From Prorocentrum cordatum (taxonomy: Eukaryota), in NCBI GenBank assembly GCA_963575745.1, contig CAUYUJ010000303.1, positions 496,001 to 560,000 of the forward strand: a stretch of 64,000 nucleotides of DNA. The letters run 5' to 3'. Positions 49,177 through 59,200 of this stretch are shown here, piece by piece; the first letter of the stretch is position 1, and every line of letters starts with the position of its first letter. The notes below the pieces were generated by a model. That model saw only the letters and a program-made list of their open reading frames with translations. It had not been told where the DNA came from and did no database searches. The position numbers and the translations under genes were made by a program.

Positions 49177-51379
49177 CTGCGTTTCCCAGACAGCCCCAGA
49201 TGCAACCAAAAAACTGCGATGCCCAGGGTTGCGTTTGGACAATCATTTCAAGACAAAGCCAGCCTTGGCCACGAAGAGCGCATCGGAGGCGGAAAGGAGG
49301 GTCGTCCGGTTGCAGACCGGACCGGGCCGCAACCAGGCCCGGGGGCCCGGGGGCCCAGGGGCCACGACCTCTACCACAAATGTGTGGCCCGGGGGCCCGG
49401 CCAGACCTTGAGGGGCCCAAAATCGCATCGGAGGGCGGTTCGATGAGCGTCACGGCGGCCCCAGCCAGCCGCCCACCACCCTGAAGACGGCTTTGACGGA
49501 TCGGATCACGGGACGTCTCCATCGGCCCCAGAGGCTTCGAAGACGCCTCGTAACCCGTGCAATTTGCCCCACGAGGGCCCCGAGAAGCAAAAATATATCC
49601 ATTTCTTCCGTAAAACGTATATGTTTACCGTACTCGTGATTCTTCAGGCTTACGCCACATCCGCCGCCCCCTTGTTTTTTTCTCTTCGGGGGGCGAAGTT
49701 CGGGTTTTCGGGGGGGGGTCTTTTGGAAGCTCTGTGTGGCGGCCTGAGGGCATCATGACGCACAATGTCCCGCGAGACGCCAATAAAGGCACCCTGAAGT
49801 GCAAGACATGCAAATGATGTCGAATCGGGCACGCGTACTGGCGAGAAAAAGGAGGACGGAGACAGGAGAATGGAGATGAGGCGGAGGATGGGGGGGGCGA
49901 ATCATCGAATATGACGAGGTGGAGCGGACCAGGAACAAGAGGAGGAGGACGAGGAGGAGGGGAACGTGGAGAGGGTGGAGGAGGACGAGGAGGAGGGGGA
50001 CATTGAGATGAGGCTCTGAGTTATGGTCTATGGGTGAGAAATTCTTGTATGTGTATAGCGATTTCGCGGTACGCCTTTCGGGGACCTCTGGAAAACAGTT
50101 TTGAAGCCACCGGGGGGGCCGAGGTGGACAAGGATTGTGAGGAGGAGGAGGAGGAGGGGGACACGGAGGAAATGAAGGACGGGGGGAAAAGAATCGACGA
50201 GGATGAGGATGAGGTGAGGGAGGAAGAGGAAGAATGGGCGAGGGGCGTCTCGCGGGACTTTTGGAGGCAGTTTCGAAGCCTCTTGGGGGCCGTTTTGGGA
50301 CCGTTTGGGGCCCTCTTGGGGGCCTTTTGTGGCTTCTTGGGGGCCTCCTGGGGCCTCTTGGGGCCTTCTGGGGCCGTCTTGGGGCGGAAGGCTCGGATTG
50401 TCGGTTCAAGCTCCCCCTCTTGGGCCCCTCGTGGGGCCGTCTTGGGGCCCTCTTGGGCAGTCTTGGGGGCCTATTGGGCCGTCTTGGCGCCCTCTGGAGC
50501 CGACTTGGGCGCCTCTTGGGGGCCTCTTGGGCCGTCTTGGGGCGGTCTTGGGGCGGTCTTGGACGGTCTTCAACGCCGTGAAGGCCGACAAGTCGTATAG
50601 TATCAAAATGTACGTTTCCCCGTAGGAATTCCACAATTTTCAGCTCGTAGGCCCTTCTGAGGACTGCTCTTGGAGGCCGCTTGGGCCGTCTTGGAGGTCT
50701 CTTGGCTCGTCATGGGACCATCGTGGGCGTCTTGGAGCGCTCGTGTGGCGTCTCGGGGCCCTCGTGGGCCGTCTTGGAGGCGTCTTGAGACCTTCTTGGC
50801 CCGTCTTGAGCCCCTGTTGGACCCAAAAAATCCAGTGAGTCGCTCGTCCGGGGCCCGGGGGGGGGGGTCAAATCGCAGGTTTGGGGTCCCTGGGGGGGGA
50901 CTTTGGGGGGGGAACTATCTCACACGCCTAGAGACCCACAAGGGGTCGGCGGATTTTCGTCTTCGCGCCATCCTTGACGACCTCAGGGGTCCCAAAGATT
51001 GCCCCTACACGGCCCAAGAGGCCCCCCAGAGCGCGCCAAGACAGCACAAGAGGGTCCCAGGCCGGTCCCAGAGGCACCCAAAACGGCCCCAACAGCTTCC
51101 CAGAGGGCTCCTAGAGCAGCACAAGATAGGGCAATCCAACTGGAATTGCCAGCCCCACGCCCCAAGAGGGCGCCCGAGACCCCCACGAGGCCCCAAGCAG
51201 CCAACACGAGGCCTCCAAGACGCCTCATAACCCGTGCAATTTGACCTCCCAGAGGGCCCCGAGAGGCAAAATTGGCCCCGTTCTCTTCGGAAAACGTACA
51301 TGTCAACCGCATTCGTGTTTTTCGTCTTCGCACCGAGCTTGTCCCCAAGAGGCCCCCAAGCAGACCCCAAGGGGCTTCC

Positions 51380-52283
51380 AATGTATGTATTTATGCATGC
51401 ATGTCTGTATGTATGTATGGATGGATGGGTGGATGAACGGATGGATGGATGGCTGGATGGATGGATGGATACGGATGGGGATGGATATGTATATGTATAT
51501 GCATATGTATGTGTATGTGTATATGTGCGCTTGTACGTATATGTATATGTATATGTTTTCACATGTATATATATGCGTATGTACATGTATATGTATTTGT
51601 ATATGCATATTCATATGTATGCTTGTATATATAGATATGAAAATGTATATGTATATGTATATGTACATGTATATTACATGTATATGTATATGCAATGTAT
51701 ATGTATATGCACATGTTGATGTAAATGTATGTGTCTTGGTATATGTATATACACATGTACATGTACATGTAATGCAAGTGAATATGTATATGTATACATA
51801 TATGCATATGTATGCAAAATGTTGTGTATAGGTGCATCTGTATATAGGCATATGCATGTGTATGGGTAGGATTGTATTTTTCAAATATAGATGCATGCAT
51901 ATGCGTATGCATAAGTATATGTATATGTGTATGTACATGTATAGGCTTAGGTATGCGTGTGTGCATATGTTTATGTTTATGTATATGTGTACGCATACGT
52001 ATATGTATACGTAGATGTATCTGCGTTTGTATATGTATTTACACATGGACATGTTTATGTATTTGTATACGTATACGTATATGTGTATGTAGATGTAGAT
52101 GTAGATGTAAATGAAAATGTACATCTATATGTACATGCATGTCATATGTAGATGTAGATGTAGATGTATATGTAGATGTAGATGTAGATGTAGATGTAGA
52201 TGTAGATGCATATGGAGATGTATATGTATATGTATATGCAGACGTATATGTATATGTCGATGTGTATATATATGTATATAAGT

Positions 52284-52318
<35 letters not shown>

Positions 52319-53400
52319 TAGATATCCCCGTGCACGAGGCCCGGGCGACCGGGGCCGCGACCACGACAGGGCATGGGAGGACCAGGGTTCGAGCACCCCG
52401 GAGCGGCCCTGGAGCTCCCAGACTCTCCCAGAGAGCTCCCAGAAGCCCTCGGGGACTTCGACAAGCCCTTCCAAGACAGCCCAGATAGCCTTAACGTGGT
52501 CCAGGATGGGTTCGAGACCGCAAATACACAGCCCAAGAGGCCTCCAAGAGGCCTCAAGAGAGCTCCGAGAAGCATCCCGAGAGCCCGAAGAGGCTCAAAT
52601 CCTTGATTTCCGTTGGTTTTTCAAATGTTTTTCGGTGTCTCGCGTTTTCGACCTCCCGGCGCTCTACGACAGCCGACGACGCCCCCAAACCGCCGAAAAG
52701 ACTTCCAACAGAGCCCCAAGATTGCCCAAGGGAGCCCGAAAATTGCCTGGGACGAGCCTCAGACGGCCCAAGAGAGCCCCAGGACAGGCCCATGTTGGGC
52801 CCCACAGCGGGAGCGGGAGGCCCCAAGGCGGCCCTGATGGCCCGAACGTGGCCCCAGATGGGCCCAACACGGCCAATACACAGCCCAAGAGCCCTCCAAA
52901 ATGTATGTATGTGTGTGCATGTATGTATGTATGTATGTATGTATGTATGTATGTATGTATGTATGTATGTATGTATGTATGTATGTACGTATGTACGTAT
53001 GTACGTATGTACGTATGTACGTATGTACGTATGTACGTATGTACGGATGTACGGATGTACGTATGTACGTATATATATATATATATGTAAATGTATTTGT
53101 ATATGTATATATATAATTATATGTATGTTTATGTATATGTGTATGTATATGTACATGTATATGTATATGTATATGTATATGTACATGTATATGTATATAT
53201 GTATGTATGTATGGATGGATGAATGTATGGATGTATGTATGTGTGTATGTATATATGAATACACATGTGTATATCATATTTATATGCATATACACATATA
53301 TATACATAAATGTATATATGTGTTGTGTTGGTTTATGTACGCATCATATATAGCGTGTACATATATAAGTATGTATACATACATATATATAGATACATCT
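51380..53400. repeat. AT-rich (ATGT/ATATGT/AGATGT)n microsatellite fields (also ~8210-8520)
   Basis: Directly visible simple repeats, interrupted by a CCAAGA-family block at ~52330-52900. Confidence 0.9.
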
Positions 53401-54063
53401 ACGTATCATGGTAGGGGGTCCCGGGCCCTCCGAAGTGCATTGATTTTTCGTCTGACCGTTTCGGGCCCAGCGGGGGGCGCCAAAAAACATCAAAAGGGGC
53501 CGAGAGACGTCCAAGAGGGCGCCTTGATGGCCCACGACCGGTCCGAGAGAGCCCAAGACCGCACAAGAGCGTTCCAAAATAGGTCCAACATGGCTTTGAA
53601 GACAGCCCAAGAGAGCTTCAAGTTTGCCAAGATGCCCTCAAAAGTGCTCCCACGAGGCACTCAGGAGGCGAAGCAAGTAGGTTTCCTCAATGGTTTTTGA
53701 AGGTTGTTCGTGTTCTCGCTGTTTCGTGCTTCCAACGGTTCAAGACAGTCCATGAGGCCCCAGGAACCAGCTCAAGACGGCCCAAGAGGCACCCAAAGAG
53801 GGCACCACGACGGCGGCGCAATAGAGAGAGCCCCCAAGATGGCCCAAAAAGTGCCCCAAGGCGGCCCTAGAGGCGCCCAAGATCGCCTCAAGAGGGCCCC
53901 AAGAGGGGCTCAAGGGGGAACACGAACCGACAATTCGAGCCTTCCGCCCCAGTAGGCCTCCAGGAGGCCCCAAGAGGCCCCAAGAGAGCCCAAGAGGCCC
54001 CCTAGAGGCATCCGAGAGGCTCCACGAGGCCCCACAGGAGCCCCCAAAGACGCCCCACGAGCA

Positions 54064-54085
54064 TCCGTAGCCATTTTGGCTCAAG
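54064..54085 (+). other. Exact dinoflagellate spliced-leader sequence (TCCGTAGCCATTTTGGCTCAAG) followed by GT
   Basis: 22/22 match to the DinoSL consensus DCCGTAGCCATTTTGGCTCAAG. Confidence 0.9.
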
Positions 54086-54839
54086 GTGGATCTGACTGCA
54101 GCGCGCAAGCGCTCATCATAGTTGCCCATCACCATGCGGACCCCGCGACCAGACCCCTGGGGCCCGAGGCTGCCCACTTTTCCCAAACTCCCCCCTCCCC
54201 CCGCGGTGCCCACTGTGTCCCTCGGGGTCCTTCGGGGGGCTTTCGGAGGGCCCGAAGGCGCTCCCCAGACGGTCCAGGAGGCTTCCGAGACGGTCCAAGA
54301 GTTCGTCAAGACGCCCATGATGGCTTCAAGACGGCCCGAGAGGCCCCCCAAGCGCTTGAAGAGGGCTTCAAGAGGACACTTATGAGGGCCGCAAGGAACA
54401 CACATCGCCCTAATTCCTTTGGGAAGCGTCTATTTTGGGCATATGCGCTTTGTATTAATAGCGTCCACGACGGCCTCAGAGAACCCCAAGAGCGCCGCAA
54501 GACATCCCAACAAGGCCTCCAAGACGGTCCAAGAAGCTCCCAGGATCGCCCCAAAACGTCCCACAGAGCCCTCCAAGACGACCTCCGTAGGCGCCTGTGG
54601 ATCCCAGAGCGCTCTGAGACAGTCCAAGAGGCCCACAAGACACCTCACTCTGCACCCCTCCCCGCTCCTCCCAGATTCCTCCCCATCCCTCCCCGCTCCA
54701 GGCAAGTGTGCGCGAGGCGGTTGTATCTCTGGCCGCGAGATCCTGCCAGTGTATACCTACATGTACGACCACCCTTCGGGTGATAAAGAGGTTGTGCGTG
54801 TGGTGGTGGGGGTGAGGAAGGGGAACCAACTGGAGCTAC

Positions 54840-55090
54840 AACATAGCATTGCATCGCACAGCAGAGCATAGCATAGCATCGCATAGCATCGCACAACACA
54901 GCATAGACGAGCATCGCGTAGCATAGCATAGCATAGCATCGCATAGCATGTCATAGCATCGCATCGCATCGCGTCGCATATACTAGCATATCATCGCATG
55001 GCACAGTATGGCGTAGCATAGCATAGCATAGCATCGCATCGCACAGCATAGTATCGCATCGCATCACACCGCATAGCTTAGCCTCGCATT
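54840..55090 (+). repeat. (GCATA/GCATC)n pentamer microsatellite
   Basis: Directly visible. Confidence 0.9.
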
Positions 55091-56004
55091 GATAACATAG
55101 CGTACTATGCGGGCCGAACCGTACAATGGCCGAAAGTCCGTCCAAACGGCGCTCTCGCCTCGGCGCGGGCAGCACACCGCCAGCGTCACCTGCACGCCGT
55201 GGCCAGCTTAAGTTTAAGAGCGAATCGTGAGGATGTCTCAGCAGAAACCGGCTTTCTTGGTTCAGATGGGCGGGCTGGACGACATGGGCGAATCAAACGC
55301 ACGTTCGGGCCTGCGGCGGCCGCCCGGGACGGTCAGGGCACCCACAAGGCGCGCGCTCGCCGTCGACGGCGGGGCGCGGCTGCGGGAGAGCAGCCCGAGG
55401 CGAGGAGGCCCTCCCCCCACGAGCGATGCCCTGGCAGATTGGGCCAGTTTGATTGCCGCCAGTTTCCGTCGAACGCGTGCGGATCAAGGGTGCGACGGTG
55501 ATAACGGATCATTGTGCAGGCAGTTGCACGTCTCGTGGAATATGTTGCGGCGTTTATTTCCGTGTTTTGCGTCGTGAATTCTTGTTATCCGTGTCGCGCT
55601 TCCGTCTACTCACTCCCTTCGGCAACACCCCAACATACTTATACTATATGTGCGTCGCCCCCCCAGGGGCGACGCGCGCACCGAGAAATCTTATAGTATA
55701 TGCGTCGTGGCGGGCGCTTTCTGGCCACACCGCTCGGGAAACGATATACTACAAGATGGGTATACTACATGTTCGGGTCGGACGCGCGCCTCCAAGGAGG
55801 ACATATAGTACTAGTATGTCTTTGTGCTTCCCATCCCTCCTCCTTCTTCTCCCTCCTTTTCCATATCACGATCAGAATTATCGCGATGTGACAGGCCTCG
55901 CACTTGGGCAACACAAGGGGGTGCCGCCAGGGGATAATTAGGACACTTACCGGTTCGTGCCCAGATTGTGGGGATATCTCCAGCGGTTCGCTTGTTTCAC
56001 GGAT

Positions 56005-56233
56005 TTTGAACTCCGATCTGCTGCTCTGCTGCAATCCGAGGGGGCGCAGCCCCTTTTGCTCCGACCAGCGTGCCGGCAGGCTCACGAGTCTCGGGCGCGG
56101 GCCGCCCGAGAGGCAGTAAAACTTGGGGCCCCAGGCTTGGGCCCACAGTGGTTGCGGGAGCACGGGAGAGGGGCAGAGGGAGAGCAAAGAGGAAAGGGAT
56201 AGGCGGGTTGAGGCGAGCCTGGAAATCTTCACA
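56005..56233 (-). repeat. 3' LTR (229 bp)
   Basis: Near-identical to 63751-63979; adjacent to TSD CGGAT. Confidence 0.95.
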
Positions 56234-56274
56234 CGCCCTCAAAAGGAGACGCCGAAAACCGCCTGGCTGTCACC

Positions 56275-59200
56275 TCAATCTGCGATGTCCCGCATCTCAT
56301 TCGCTCTCACGAGTTTGTCCTGCTGCCTCTTCTCCGTCTTCCTAGTGTCGATGGCGGTCTTGCGGCTAGCACGCTGCATACTCTTCTTCATCTTGATCGC
56401 CGCCGCCGCCGGGTCCTGCACCAGGCTCCACTTGGCCTCCCGCAGCACCTTGTAGAGGTAGACCTTGTCCACCCCAAGCTTCGTCAGCACATCTGCGATG
56501 TTCTGCGAGCCGTCAATCCACCTGAGGTGGGTGTTCTCGCAGCGCAGCACTTCTCTGAGCAAGGCGCCCTCGATCGCCATCCTCTTGTCCTTGCTCTTAG
56601 CCGAGCCCTCCTTCGTGAGGTGGTCGTAGACGGACTTTGCGTCTGTCGCCCAGAAGCGGGGAAGCCGCTGCACCTCCCCCTGCCAGTTGAGCAAATCCAC
56701 CGAGACATTCGTAGCCTCTCTGAACAGCACTGCCGCCCAGTCGACGGCCTCCACTGCGTCTGCCAGGTGACTGGCCTCCGCCGCCAAGGTTGAGCGGCAC
56801 ACACGCTGCGTCATGCCGCTCTTCCAGTCCAGTACTGCCACCGGTGCTTGGTGTCCGGCCAGGATGCCGTCGGTCGTGAGGAGCACCACGTGGCCACCGC
56901 AGCTCTTGTAGCGCTCAATGTCGTCGTGCTCCGGGCCGTTCGCGTGACCCGCGTCCACGGCCGCGCCAATCACAGCGCTGGACAGCCTCAAGTTGGCCGG
57001 GTAGACCAGCGCGACCTCAGCGCCCTTCTTGGCCTCAGACACCGCCAGGTTCGCCTTCACCAGGTCCGCCACACACGGGGCCGCTCGGGCCCTCTGCAGC
57101 TCGCCCGAGAGGAAGACCAGGTCGAGTCGGCATTGTCGACCTAGCCAGCCGATCTCACCAGACACCCTCAGCAGTTCCTTCGCCTCATCCTCGTTCAAGT
57201 CCTCCTGCAACTGCTTCCTTCGACCTGCTGGGATCTTGATCGGCTTGAGGGAAGTTGCGTAGTTCACCATCTTAACCAGAAAACCTTTCGAATCACTCGA
57301 AAGCTCGCGGCCGCGGAAGGTGAGGGGCAGCTCGCTCCACTTCCACTGGAACGTACCCAGGACCTTCGGCAGGAGGTCCGACAGCTGCATGTCCTTCATC
57401 CTCGCCACCAGCACGTCGTCCACGTGCGAGACCGCGATGCCCTTCAGCTGCCCGTCCACGCGCTTGTAGAAGAGCGCCGGCTCCAGGCGCGACTGAAGCC
57501 AGCCGTCGGACAGCAAGGCGTCACGCAGCGCTAGCCAGAATAGCCTTGCTGCCTCCGCGAAGCCGTAGATGGCCTTGCGGGCCCTCAGCAACTGGCCCGG
57601 GGCAAGGCCAGGCAGGCCCCCTCGAGGCTGCTCCAGGTAGACCTCGCGTTGCAGGTTCTGCCCATTGAAGTAGGCGTTCTTGACATCGCCGAGTGAGAGG
57701 ATCATGCCCATGGCCGCCGCCAGCGTCAGGAGCAGCGCCTCCGCCAGCCGTGATGCAGTAGGAGCGTCCCGCCTGAACATACCCAGCAAGCGGTCGCGAA
57801 AGCCCACCACGACCAGGCGGCTCTTCGCGAGCAGCGGCAGAGGAGCTCCGGCCTCGTCGTACTTCCCGTTTTTCTTGTCGGTATCCACCCAGCGCATCGG
57901 GATGATGATGTTGGCCTTGTCCGCGCGGAGCGCCTCGCTCTCATCCGGCGGGATCGGCTCAGCCGCGTCGAAGTCCTGCCAGGATCGCCACTCTGCATCA
58001 CGACTGCCACCTCGATCCATGAACATCCGGCGTTGCTCCTCAGGCAAGCTGCCGAGCTTGATCTCCTTCCTCCCAGGCTTCTTCGTCAGGAACGCGTGCT
58101 CGAACTCATTCCGCATCAGCCCGAAGATGAACTCCTCCTTGCCGATGCCCTCCTGGACGAAGAAAGCCTCGCCCTGCTGGTACGTCTCCAAGCCGGCCTC
58201 CATGAACTCATCCAGGTCATTGTCCAGCACGAACTTCGCCGAGTCGACAGATCCTGCAGTCCCCTGTCGGATCGAGACAGGGACATCGTCCAGCAGGCGC
58301 CGTCGCTTGGCCTCCCGCTCGCGGCGCTCCTCAGTCTCCTCTTCCTCCAGGAGACTCCCAGGACGCCGATGTCGAGAGGCCTCCGGCTCGGGCTCCGTGT
58401 GCACCCCGTGGGAGTCGGGGTGCCAGTCATCGTCGCCGTCGTCCCTCATGATCTCCTGCGTCGCCGCGTCGAACTCCATCGCGTCGAAGTCCAGGTCGGG
58501 CGGCACGGGCACGTCCTCAGCCCCCACAGCTGGGGCTGGCGCCGCGGGCGGCTCGGGCGCGGCCGGAGCCGCGCGGGGAGCCTCCGCCTCAGGCGGGGCC
58601 GGAGGCGCCTCCGGCTCAGGCGGAGCCGAGGCGGGCTGCGGCTCCTCCGGCACCTCCGCCCGCGGCCCGACGTCCATGCCGCTCTCGTCGCCCTGCTCAG
58701 CGGGCTCCTGCCCCGCCGCGGCGGGGGGCTTGGGGCGGCCTCGCAGGTCCACGAAGCCACTACCGCCGCTGACGGGCGCGTCGTGCACCAACTCCTGCTC
58801 CTGCGCAATCGATCTCCAGGCGTGGATCTCGTGGCCAGTCGCTGCAGCCAGGTGCTCCGGGCTCGCGAGCACGGTGAGGCCACGAAAAGCAAGCCACACT
58901 CCATGCCGACCCTCATGTCCGATCACGCGCGCCAGCCCTCGCCAGTTGTCTGGATGCTCAGGTCGATGCTTGGCTGGCTGCGCTTGGTCGTAGAAAAGCA
59001 CCCACTGGCCGACAACGAACGGCCCTCTCGTCGGTCGTATCTGTCGAAGCTCCGCTCGTCGAAGTCGATCCTCCGTGTCGGTCTGGATGAAAGCCATCCA
59101 GCACTGGGTCCTGATCTCCACCTTGCGGGCAAAACGCGAGCCCGGCGTAGCAGCTGCCACCTGCTCGCCCACACGCTCCACTTCGGCGTCGTCCGCGAGG

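Noticed and set aside
56234..56250. Canonical polypurine tract
   Set aside because: Only a short GAGGGCG precedes the 3' LTR on the minus strand; too weak to annotate
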